64,000 nt of DNA from a virus, in IMG/VR virus record IMGVR_UViG_3300030419_007131, positions 101,066 to 165,065 of that record; one strand, given 5' to 3'. The notes under the pieces are model-generated. The model was not told where the DNA came from. It worked only from the letters and a program-made list of their open reading frames with translations, and made no database searches. The translations under genes were made by a program, and so were the position numbers. Positions 38,024-46,469 of the stretch are shown in pieces (the stretch's first letter is position 1; every line of letters starts with the position of its first letter).

Positions 38024-38238
38024 GGATTATTTTTGTTGCGATGGACCATTCGCTCCAATAGTGGTAGTTTGCTGGACACTGCGGTAGTAAACATAAATGG
38101 CATAAAAGAGTGAACAAGACACTTAAGTGTCAAAATCTTAAACATGTACACCAACTTCCATGCAGCGAACATATGCTCAAAATAGCCTTCATTTTGGTCA
38201 TCCAGGTGCTTCCGCCAATTTTCAAGCAGTAGTTTCAT
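38020..38238 (-). CDS. DUF6356-like protein with MKLLLENWR leader
   Basis: HL...GYFEHM.AW...LVHSFMPFMFTTAVS. Confidence 0.7.
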   Translation of the reverse strand: MKLLLENWRKHLDDQNEGYFEHMFAAWKLVYMFKILTLKCLVHSFMPFMFTTAVSSKLPLLERMVHRNKNNP

Positions 38239-38882
38239 TATTTTTGCTGTGCCTTTTGTAAAAACGCTTCATAAGTCAGAGACCATTCCAAAGGAAGAAT
38301 GTTTTTCCCATCCTCGGTTTGATCCCATTCGACAGAATAGGCGCTGTCGCCCTGCCCAAAAATGGCGCCCGAATCTTTACCAACTAGTTGCTTCTTTAAT
38401 AAATCGACAGAGTTGGTTTTTACCGCTTCGCGAAAGTTACCGGCGTTCTTATAAGGAGAATTCGGCCCTAAGTCGGCCGAATCGGGAATATTGCCAGGCT
38501 GGACATAAACAAAGCCTGCCTTCACTCCGGCAGGTGCAGGGGTTAGGGGATAATCTTGAATATCTTGCATGGTAACATAGGTGCCCGCGGTGGCATCCTG
38601 AGTTTGTGCGGCCACGTCTTGGTCGTAGTCTTGCCAAGCTTTTTGGGTCTGCGCGGTGGCGCCAGCAACACCGCCAGTCGCAACGCTTAAGGCAACAGCA
38701 AGGGGAAGTGCTTTTTGTGTGACTTGCTTGCGAACCCAGGCCGCCTTTTTTGGCCCAACGAGATCAACAATTCGATCCCACAGCTCGCCCTCAGTAAGTT
38801 GTCCGGACTCATAAAGCACACAAATATCCTGTGCTTCGACTAAAAGTTGGTACCTTCTCCAGTTTTCAAGTAGGAGCTTCAT
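38238..38882 (-). CDS. hypothetical protein with MKLLLENWR leader and a hydrophobic segment
   Basis: start at 38882 (TAATG overlap). Confidence 0.65.
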   Translation of the reverse strand: MKLLLENWRRYQLLVEAQDICVLYESGQLTEGELWDRIVDLVGPKKAAWVRKQVTQKALPLAVALSVATGGVAGATAQTQKAWQDYDQDVAAQTQDATAGTYVTMQDIQDYPLTPAPAGVKAGFVYVQPGNIPDSADLGPNSPYKNAGNFREAVKTNSVDLLKKQLVGKDSGAIFGQGDSAYSVEWDQTEDGKNILPLEWSLTYEAFLQKAQQK

Positions 38883-40312
38883 TAAACGTTCCACCCATGT
38901 AAATAATTGGTCCATTTTTCCCAGATTGCTTGCATTACTGGCTGCAGTTCGCTTGTGTTATATCCACGCTCTATCGCATCGTTAAATATGAGATTAATTT
39001 TATTCGCCACAATCCGTTCGATATCTCCCCCAGTCCGTCGGGCCCTTCCGCGAGCACCAGCAAGATGTCCCCGAGTTTCTGCCTCGGATGCAAAGTGTTT
39101 ATAAATGTTCTCTAGACTATCCCACTTTTCTTCACCCTCGGGAATATCACCTGTCAGCATATCTGTAGGATCACAGCTATGTTGTAGTTCGTGTGATAGG
39201 GCATCTTCCAACTCCTCTGTCAACCACTCTTCAAATGTCTCTATCTCCTCATATCCGCGCGGAATATTGAGGGTGATCACTAGGTTTGATTGTGACCGAT
39301 CTTCAGGGACGCAAAGGTAAAAGGCCTTAATGCTGGCCTCGCCACGATCGTTTATCGCCACGCCCAGATGGACTTCATTAATTGTTTCATAGTTCGCGAA
39401 AAGGGCGCCTGTGTCCAATATAGTGATTGCTTCACCACCGGCCGTTTGTTGGTTTAAGTGCTCAATGGATTCCGGGCGCAAAAGAAGAGAAGATATCATC
39501 TGATTCAGCTCTTCGCTAAACTTGATGAGATCGGGCTCAGTATCGGCAGCCTCACTGATACCTTCTTTTAAATCATCGTCCTCGTCCCATTTTGAACTGA
39601 ACACGGATGAATCGATAATCTTGAAGTTATAATCGTCGTCATGACCAATGTTGGAGCGGTTGATCTCATATTTGTCGATTTCGAATTCATGCATTGCCTT
39701 GCTGAGTTCTTGGTACGCTGCGCCCGCAACAGGAGCAATTATTTTTTGAAGTTCTAGGGCCTTTCTGTCTGCATCGCTGGGGTCGTCAGATACATTGCCG
39801 AGCGCAATCTCGCGATCGGCACGAAAAGAGTCCATGAGGCGCCCCATAATGTGAAAGGGATCTGCCGGATTAAACTGCTCCCCCAGCTCATCTGCGACTT
39901 TTAATAAAGCCTCCTGCTCTTTGGGGAAAGATTGATCCAAAACTTTCTGCATTTGACTTGGCCAGCTGATTGGGCGAGTCTTTTCCATTACAATCCAAGA
40001 AAAATCATCCGCATGTGCATATGCTTTGGGAAAGATGAATGGGTAACGCTTTGCTGTCTCAAAGTCGTCCTTGTTCATCTGCATTTTATAGTCGTCAGAG
40101 TCATGAATAACTTTGATGACATATTCAGGGTCTCCAACGGGCTTGTACACGCTGCGAAAAGAGCCCCTTCCGATCCTTATGAAACGATCAGATTCTACGA
40201 TGGCTTGGATTTCTTTTAAATCATCCGTCGCTTGGATTTCTTTGAGCCACGGGAAATGCTGGGCTTCGCCTTCTGTGAGATACTTCCGCCAGTTTTCAAG
40301 TAGGAGTTTCAC
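38882..40312 (-). CDS. protein kinase-like domain + zincin domain, with MKLLLENWR leader
   Basis: IGRGSFRSVY, VIKV, IVME, EINRSNIG, IIDS; HELQH...EAETRG. Confidence 0.7.
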   Translation of the reverse strand: MKLLLENWRKYLTEGEAQHFPWLKEIQATDDLKEIQAIVESDRFIRIGRGSFRSVYKPVGDPEYVIKVIHDSDDYKMQMNKDDFETAKRYPFIFPKAYAHADDFSWIVMEKTRPISWPSQMQKVLDQSFPKEQEALLKVADELGEQFNPADPFHIMGRLMDSFRADREIALGNVSDDPSDADRKALELQKIIAPVAGAAYQELSKAMHEFEIDKYEINRSNIGHDDDYNFKIIDSSVFSSKWDEDDDLKEGISEAADTEPDLIKFSEELNQMISSLLLRPESIEHLNQQTAGGEAITILDTGALFANYETINEVHLGVAINDRGEASIKAFYLCVPEDRSQSNLVITLNIPRGYEEIETFEEWLTEELEDALSHELQHSCDPTDMLTGDIPEGEEKWDSLENIYKHFASEAETRGHLAGARGRARRTGGDIERIVANKINLIFNDAIERGYNTSELQPVMQAIWEKWTNYLHGWNV

Positions 40313-40946
40313 AAAGAAGCTCCAAATCAGAATTAAAAGCTGCCTCTATTTCAGCTAACCCGCCAAACTCTTCCCAGTCGCCCCAGTAGGCGGCGGGTTT
40401 TAAGGTATCCTTGTGATAGGCCACAAATTTCTTTACCATTTCGGCCACATCTTGAAGATCTCCGAACAATTCTTTAATAGCCTCTGCTACTTGGCCCCCT
40501 CGAAGCATTGTGAGAATCTGTTGAATTTTTTCTATTATCTCCGGGGTCTTTGCCACCTTATCTAGAACATAGCCACCAGTTAGCTTAAACAATGCTGTTA
40601 ATATCATTACGCCAAGCTCTATGTGTTTGCGCGTCATTAAAAGTCTTACGGCAGCGATTTCATTGCGAACCTGGTGTTTCCCAATTAGCCTCTTTTGTCG
40701 AAGCTTATTAAACAAATCAACCAACTTAGTGCCTAATGATTTAACGAACTTTTGGGCGTATTCAATTCCCTTATCTTTCATCTGGGTCATTTTGGCTTTG
40801 GTATAATCCCAAAGATCCCCTAAGCCTTCATGAAGGTCTTCATTTAAGAAGTCCAAAATCTCTTGTTCACTAATCGTAATGGTTGCAGGATCGTTATAGG
40901 CTTCTGTAAGAAACTGATCCCACTTAATGGAAGTGAAATTTGACAT
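40296..40946 (-). CDS. hypothetical helical protein (KWDQFLTE leader)
   Basis: 216 aa. Confidence 0.6.
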   Translation of the reverse strand: MSNFTSIKWDQFLTEAYNDPATITISEQEILDFLNEDLHEGLGDLWDYTKAKMTQMKDKGIEYAQKFVKSLGTKLVDLFNKLRQKRLIGKHQVRNEIAAVRLLMTRKHIELGVMILTALFKLTGGYVLDKVAKTPEIIEKIQQILTMLRGGQVAEAIKELFGDLQDVAEMVKKFVAYHKDTLKPAAYWGDWEEFGGLAEIEAAFNSDLELLCETPT

Positions 40947-40961
40947 ACACTATAAATAGTA

Positions 40962-41624
40962 TTATAGCGTCAATAACCAATCAATTGAGTGTAATATCTC
41001 AGCAGGATTATATCCTCGATCAATATCGCGCAGAACCATTTCGCCATCAATATAATAAAACGTTGGCCAACCTGAAAGAGCCCAAGTACCGCCTCCACTT
41101 TGCAAAATTGCCCTACTTGCAGCGACCACCGGAGAATCAGTAAGGTTATACTCATTCGCCCAGGCGGCAACATCTGCTTGCGTTGGGACTGACCCGTTGG
41201 CTGTTTCTATCAAGACGGTCACATAGATAAGTCCAGAGTCCCGGTAAAGATCTTGAACTTCTTGCGCATGGGCCGCCGCGGCTCTACAAGGCCCACACCA
41301 GCCCGTAGAGAAGTCTAGAACGATCGGGCGCCCATAGTTTGCATAAAGCCCGAAAGTGTCTCCATTTTGATCAGGGCCCATGAGATTGCATGGGTGGTCT
41401 CCCTCCTCTCCCGAACAAGTATCCCAAGTGATGGGGCTTGGCGGCAGAGTATCCCACGGGTCCACATCGTGGATCCCTTCTAATGTGGAAAGAAATAGGT
41501 CGTCTTCCACGTCCGCTGGTGAAAGATCCTTTTGATTGTCGTCGAGGTCATCAGAAACTGTGGTTTGAGGCGCTTGGCAGGCGCCAACTAACAGACAAAA
41601 TATTACTAAAATCATTCGTAACAT
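40962..41624 (-). CDS. lipoprotein thioredoxin-fold redoxin (TlpA/AhpC-TSA-like)
   Basis: lipobox VGAC; LDFSTGWCGPC; GWPTFYYID. Confidence 0.85.
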   Translation of the reverse strand: MLRMILVIFCLLVGACQAPQTTVSDDLDDNQKDLSPADVEDDLFLSTLEGIHDVDPWDTLPPSPITWDTCSGEEGDHPCNLMGPDQNGDTFGLYANYGRPIVLDFSTGWCGPCRAAAAHAQEVQDLYRDSGLIYVTVLIETANGSVPTQADVAAWANEYNLTDSPVVAASRAILQSGGGTWALSGWPTFYYIDGEMVLRDIDRGYNPAEILHSIDWLLTL

Positions 41625-41633
41625 AATAAAATA

Positions 41634-41655
41634 CCTCCTATTTTTAACTAGGAGG
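41634..41655 (-). promoter_or_regulatory. hairpin sequestering the redoxin SD, overlapping a CTAGTTA motif
   Basis: minus strand CCUCCUA-GUUAAAAA-UAGGAGG. Confidence 0.65.
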
Positions 41656-41681
41656 CATTTTAGTTAACTTAAAATAAGTTG

Positions 41682-42047
41682 TTATATTTTATATTTAATC
41701 CAACCCCATCGCTTACGAACTGCGAGTGCGTCTTCGTTGTCATCCAACTCATATGCTTCTTGCTCAAATGGATTTTGATGATAGGCCTTCTTTCCATCTC
41801 TATATTTGGCAAATCCAATCAACCAGCATAATCCATAGCATATCCACTGCAATAAAAACAACATTTCTAATTGTTGTTGATAATGGATGGCCTCGTGCCG
41901 TCGTGTTCGATCACTCATTTCTCCACGACAAAATACCCAAAACGCAAAGCTAAATGCCCAGACGTTTATTGGGGCAATTTTCGATAGCCAAACAGGCAAT
42001 TTGCTATTTTCGAAATACCACGGCTCCAATAGTTTCATCGGTTTCAT
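41682..42047 (-). CDS. small HExxH protein (DUF4157-like)
   Basis: RRHEAIHYQQ...NPFEQEAY. Confidence 0.7.
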   Translation of the reverse strand: MKPMKLLEPWYFENSKLPVWLSKIAPINVWAFSFAFWVFCRGEMSDRTRRHEAIHYQQQLEMLFLLQWICYGLCWLIGFAKYRDGKKAYHQNPFEQEAYELDDNEDALAVRKRWGWIKYKI

Positions 42048-42101
42048 AGTTTGTCTCCTAAAGCTTAAATAGGGACACGATGCGCCAAACTCACCTGGCG
42101 C

Positions 42102-42503
42102 TTAAGTGAAATCTTTAGGGTTGCGATACTTGAGCCGAACGCGCTCAGAAATAGGGATTGCCTCTCCATCTCCATCGATTCTTACAAAAGTCATTTTAGT
42201 ACAAACCACGACTCTTTGAGTGCCATTATAAACAGAATGTCTCCGAGCCTCCATGCTTAGTGTAAGTGAAGTTTTTCCTATTTTTTCGACCTCGCCGTAA
42301 ATCTTAATAATTTGTCCCGGCCGAACCGGTCGCTCAAACGTCAGGCCTGAAATATGTTTGGTGACCATACGGGGCGTATCGGCAGCTTGGGCGGCGTATG
42401 CTGCAGCAGCTTCATCAAGCCACGCCAACATAACACCACCAAAAAGGTTTCCGTGGTACCCTACATCACTTTTCTTGACAAAGTGTGTCGAGATGAGTTC
42501 CAT
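42102..42503 (-). CDS. hotdog-fold acyl-CoA thioesterase (YciA-like)
   Basis: D..YHGNLFGGVMLAWLDEAAA...FERPV...GKTS...TFVRID; start MELIST at 42503. Confidence 0.85.
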   Translation of the reverse strand: MELISTHFVKKSDVGYHGNLFGGVMLAWLDEAAAAYAAQAADTPRMVTKHISGLTFERPVRPGQIIKIYGEVEKIGKTSLTLSMEARRHSVYNGTQRVVVCTKMTFVRIDGDGEAIPISERVRLKYRNPKDFT

Positions 42504-42675
42504 CGATTTTGCTTTCATTTTTAGACAACATTTTTTCATGAACTGCTTTAATCTGGGAGCATTGTCCCGTACTTTCGCACAGTTCGTTAACTTTCGCCTG
42601 AAGGGTTTCAATTTTTTGGCTGAGTACTTCTACAACCGATGTAATATCATCTAGAATTTGTTTATTAGAGTCCAT
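42466..42675 (-). CDS. small coiled-coil hypothetical protein
   Basis: ORF between the amidase and thioesterase. Confidence 0.5.
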   Translation of the reverse strand: MDSNKQILDDITSVVEVLSQKIETLQAKVNELCESTGQCSQIKAVHEKMLSKNESKIDGTHLDTLCQEK

Positions 42676-43285
42676 TTTGTTCAATTTCCATAATCATCAT
42701 AAAGTGAGCTTCAGCGATTTTCTGTCGCATGCTAGGACACATTAAGGCCTTTGCATCACTTAAGTTAGTCATAAATCCATTTTCTGAGAGGATAGCGGGC
42801 ATGTGGGTCTTTCTAAGCACATAGAAGTTGGCCCAATTCTCGTTGGCCTTGACTCCACGATCTTTCATACCCGTAAGGGTTGCCAAATGTGGCCTGAGCG
42901 TTTCAGCTAGCATTTTTCCGCCTTTTGAGCGATAATGATGAAAAATAGAGACTCCATTAGCAGAATTAAACTCTTTTCCATTTCCAAAAGCATTTGCATG
43001 AACAGATACATAAATACTGTTTCTATTTTCTTTATGTAACAGGTTCGCCTTAGTCACACGATGTCGAAGCGACAGGTCTTCCTGTGTATCGACTAAGTTT
43101 ACCACATTTACTCCCGCATCTATACAAAGATTAATTATTCGTGACACAACATCTCGATTAAAGACACCCTCATATAAAATGGACCCATCTTCAAAAAACG
43201 GTGATCGTTTTCCGGCAGTTTGATAAACGCCATCGATAAGACCCCCGTGTCCTGGATCCAATAGCCAAGTATATCGACTCATCAT
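42665..43285 (-). CDS. N-acetylmuramoyl-L-alanine amidase (Amidase_3), probable endolysin
   Basis: LDPGHGG, E, VSVHAN, FYVLR..MPAILSENGFM; no signal peptide. Confidence 0.9.
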   Translation of the reverse strand: MMSRYTWLLDPGHGGLIDGVYQTAGKRSPFFEDGSILYEGVFNRDVVSRIINLCIDAGVNVVNLVDTQEDLSLRHRVTKANLLHKENRNSIYVSVHANAFGNGKEFNSANGVSIFHHYRSKGGKMLAETLRPHLATLTGMKDRGVKANENWANFYVLRKTHMPAILSENGFMTNLSDAKALMCPSMRQKIAEAHFMMIMEIEQNGL

Positions 43286-43316
43286 AGATTCCTCATCTAT
43301 AACTAGAATGAGCGCC

Positions 43317-43826
43317 TTATAAGTACTCTTTCCAAGATAAATTAGCTGTTTTAGCTATTCCGATGCGTTTTTGGATGATCGACCGGTAAGAAGGCTTCTT
43401 TGGGCGCCGAATTAGTGAAACTGGAGCATTTTCGACCAAATAATCACGTTTTTTTTGATTACAAGGCTTGCAAGCGGCCACAACGTTGTCCCACGATGAT
43501 AATCCGCCTTTTGACTTCGGAATGACGTGATCTAGGGTTAAATCGGGCCCCCGAAAGTGTTTTGCGCAATATTGGCATCGATTTTCGTCTCGAATAAGAA
43601 CATTCTTGCGTGTACAGGGCAAAGTGAAGAATTTTTCGTCAATATACTTGAATAAAACGATAACAGAAGGAATTTCGAAGGCTTTTGTGGATGAATGGAC
43701 CCATTTTCCCGAATATTCGGCCGCCCAGGCCTTATTTAGCCACGTAAGTAGGAAAGCTTCCTCCCATGGAATAATTTCAATGGGTCTGAACGAAGAATCG
43801 AGTTTCAAGACAGAAAGATTGTCCAT
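43317..43826 (-). CDS. HNH endonuclease (McrA-like)
   Basis: RDENRCQYC...TLDHVIPKSKGG...WDNVVAACKPCNQKK. Confidence 0.9.
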   Translation of the reverse strand: MDNLSVLKLDSSFRPIEIIPWEEAFLLTWLNKAWAAEYSGKWVHSSTKAFEIPSVIVLFKYIDEKFFTLPCTRKNVLIRDENRCQYCAKHFRGPDLTLDHVIPKSKGGLSSWDNVVAACKPCNQKKRDYLVENAPVSLIRRPKKPSYRSIIQKRIGIAKTANLSWKEYL

Positions 43827-43853
43827 TTTTATCCTTTTTAAGTGATTTCGGTG

Positions 43854-43882
43854 TTGACACTAACGTATATATGAATTATAAT
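43854..43882 (+). promoter_or_regulatory. perfect-consensus sigma70 promoter of the yeaH-spoVR-prkA operon
   Basis: TTGACA (43854-59), 17 nt, TATAAT (43877-82). Confidence 0.85.
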
Positions 43883-43915
43883 AGTTAATAGTTCCCCTCT
43901 TAAGATAATTAGTAC

Positions 43916-45160
43916 ATGAGCGTCTTCCGTAAACACAAATCCATCGTCGATCGCGCTGCAAGTGATCGAACGAGACACAAAAAGAAGATTGAGAAAGCAA
44001 TTAAAGAGTCTATCAAGGACGTTATAGCCGAAGAATCGATTATTGGCCAAAATGGAAAGAAAAAAATCCGAGTACCGGTCCGTGGCCTTAAAGAATACCG
44101 ATTTATTTACGGATCTAATGAAAATAACAAAACTGTAGGCTCCGGAGGCGACCATTCACTCAAAAGAGGTCAAAAAATCGGCAGAAAGCGCGCTGAGAAG
44201 GGGAAAGGACAAGGAACCGGCAAAGCAAGTAATGAAAAGGGCGATGAATACTACGACGTAGAGGTCAGCTTGGAAGAATTAGCCGAATATCTCTTCAATG
44301 ATCTCGAATTACCAGATTTAGAGAAGAAACAGTTCCGATTTGTCTCTCAAAAGACCATAAAACGCAAAGGATATCGCTTTAAAGGCATCCGACCGCGTCT
44401 TTCCAAGAAAGAAACACTAAAAAGGAAGATTCGAAGACGCAAAATGGCCGAAAAAATCGGCACATACGATCCCGAATCGGATGAACGCTTTCCATTTCAC
44501 AAAGATGACCTAAAATATCATCATATTAAGCCAAAAATAAAGGAAAACAGCTCCGCGGTAATCTTTTTCCTGATGGATGTCTCCGGATCGATGTCCCAGG
44601 AGCGCAAATACCTCGCCAGAAGCTTCTTTTTCCTTCTATATCAGTTTTTATACCACAGATACGAGAAAGTTGACGTAGTTTTCGTCTCACATTCGACCCA
44701 TGCCGAGCGTGTAACAGAAGAAGACTTCTTTAAAGTTGGAACATTTGGTGGCACCATTGTTTCGAGTGCCTTGGAGCTGGAATTAGAGATTGTAGATAAG
44801 GAATATCACCCAAATAGTTGGAATATTTACACTTTTTACTGCGGCGACGGCGAAAATTGGCACTCTGATAACGAAAAATGCATAGATTTGTTCAAACAGA
44901 TTAAAGAGATAAGCCAACTTACAGCATATTGTGAGATAAATGAGGCATATCAGGGGCTAGCCGACGAAGTTGATAAAGATGACCCCTTTCACGGCACCCC
45001 ATGGGGCACTTTTTCTGCATGGAAAAATGAAGAATCCGACAATTTATGGGCAAAACTTACTCCTATTTGTGAAAATAAGTTTAAAAAAATAATGATCGGC
45101 GAGTCATCTCATATCTGGCGCGCTTTTCATGCATTATTTGGAGGAAAATTCAAGAAATGA
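43916..45160 (+). CDS. yeaH: YeaH/YhbH (DUF444) VWA-like protein
   Basis: DRTRH, LELPDL, FPFHKDDLKY, MDVSGSM, GGTIVSSA, WNIY...GDGENW. Confidence 0.92.
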   Translation: MSVFRKHKSIVDRAASDRTRHKKKIEKAIKESIKDVIAEESIIGQNGKKKIRVPVRGLKEYRFIYGSNENNKTVGSGGDHSLKRGQKIGRKRAEKGKGQGTGKASNEKGDEYYDVEVSLEELAEYLFNDLELPDLEKKQFRFVSQKTIKRKGYRFKGIRPRLSKKETLKRKIRRRKMAEKIGTYDPESDERFPFHKDDLKYHHIKPKIKENSSAVIFFLMDVSGSMSQERKYLARSFFFLLYQFLYHRYEKVDVVFVSHSTHAERVTEEDFFKVGTFGGTIVSSALELELEIVDKEYHPNSWNIYTFYCGDGENWHSDNEKCIDLFKQIKEISQLTAYCEINEAYQGLADEVDKDDPFHGTPWGTFSAWKNEESDNLWAKLTPICENKFKKIMIGESSHIWRAFHALFGGKFKK

Positions 45161-46464
45161 GCACCTGGACAGAGGCCGATTTGGTTCATTGGGATGAAAA
45201 AATCATCCGAGTAGCAGAAGATTTAAACTTAGATTGGTATCCAATCGATTATGAGATCATTGACTATCAAGAAATGTTGGGCGCCATGGCCTATGTAGGT
45301 CTTCCTACGCACTATAGACACTGGTCTTATGGTAAGGAATACGAACGAACCCACACATTGTACAATATGGGACAAACAGGCCTTCCTTATGAGATGATTA
45401 TCAACTCAAACCCAAGTATAGCCTATCTCATGCGGGAAAATGCTCTCTATATTCATATACTTACGATGGCACATTGTGTAGGTCACAGTGATTTTTTCAA
45501 AAATAATCGCATGTTTGCTGATACTAACCCAAATCACATCATCGATAAGTTTAAAGCCGCGGCAAAATATGTACGTAAGCTAATAGAGGACCCCTCGATT
45601 GGTATCGATAACGTTGAGAATATCTTAGATGCCGCCCACTCAATAAAATACCAAGTGCCACGATTCCCAGGGATTACTTATCGCAGTCATGAGGAGATTT
45701 TAGCCTCAGAAAAGCTTAGAATGGAGGAAGATCCCGCATATCTGCCGGATTTAAACCGAATTCCACTAGAACCAGAGTATAATGTGTTGAAATTCATTGC
45801 TGAACACAGCAAACACCTTGAAGAATGGGAGAGGCACCTATTATTAATCGTTGAGGAAAGCTCAAAATACTTCATCCCCCAGGCACTCACTAAAATTATG
45901 AATGAGGGCTGGGCTTGTACCATCCATTATAAGATTATTAATGAACTCAACTTGCCAGACTCTCTTCATCTCCCATTTGTAAAATTACACAACCAAGTTG
46001 TCCGACCACATCTGGGAACATTAAACCCCTATCACCTGGGGTTTAAGCTTTTTGAGAGGATTATCGAAGAGAAGGGAATGGAAGAAGCGATGCATATAAG
46101 AGAAATCCATAATGATATTACCTTTTTACGATTCTATTTAGATCAGGCCTTTATGGAAGAGATGAATTACTTCAGTTATTCCTTTAAAAAAGATAAAAAG
46201 GGGAATACAATTGATGATGTGTCAGACACTCAGGGCTGGGAAGCTGTGCGTGATGATTTGATCAGCAATGTAGCTCTTAATCGTATTCCTACTGTATTTG
46301 TGCAAGAGCTGGAAAAAGATAATACGCTTTCTCTAGTTCATGAACATGACGGCAGGGATTTAGATTTAGCATATGCCCAAAAGGTGTATGAGAACCTTCA
46401 AAGATTGTGGGGTGATAATGTACGCCTCACTACCACGGTGGAAAATGAAATATGGGAGTTTTAA
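45157..46464 (+). CDS. spoVR: SpoVR/YcgB-family protein
   Basis: YRHWSYGK, YEMIINSNP, AHCVGHSDFFKNN, TKIMNEGWA, NPYHLG. Confidence 0.95.
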   Translation: MSTWTEADLVHWDEKIIRVAEDLNLDWYPIDYEIIDYQEMLGAMAYVGLPTHYRHWSYGKEYERTHTLYNMGQTGLPYEMIINSNPSIAYLMRENALYIHILTMAHCVGHSDFFKNNRMFADTNPNHIIDKFKAAAKYVRKLIEDPSIGIDNVENILDAAHSIKYQVPRFPGITYRSHEEILASEKLRMEEDPAYLPDLNRIPLEPEYNVLKFIAEHSKHLEEWERHLLLIVEESSKYFIPQALTKIMNEGWACTIHYKIINELNLPDSLHLPFVKLHNQVVRPHLGTLNPYHLGFKLFERIIEEKGMEEAMHIREIHNDITFLRFYLDQAFMEEMNYFSYSFKKDKKGNTIDDVSDTQGWEAVRDDLISNVALNRIPTVFVQELEKDNTLSLVHEHDGRDLDLAYAQKVYENLQRLWGDNVRLTTTVENEIWEF

Positions 46465-46469
46465 AAAGC

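Noticed and set aside
43317-43826. Intron-encoded homing endonuclease
   Set aside because: Free-standing McrA-type HNH; neighbours are intact and there is no intron-like flanking sequence
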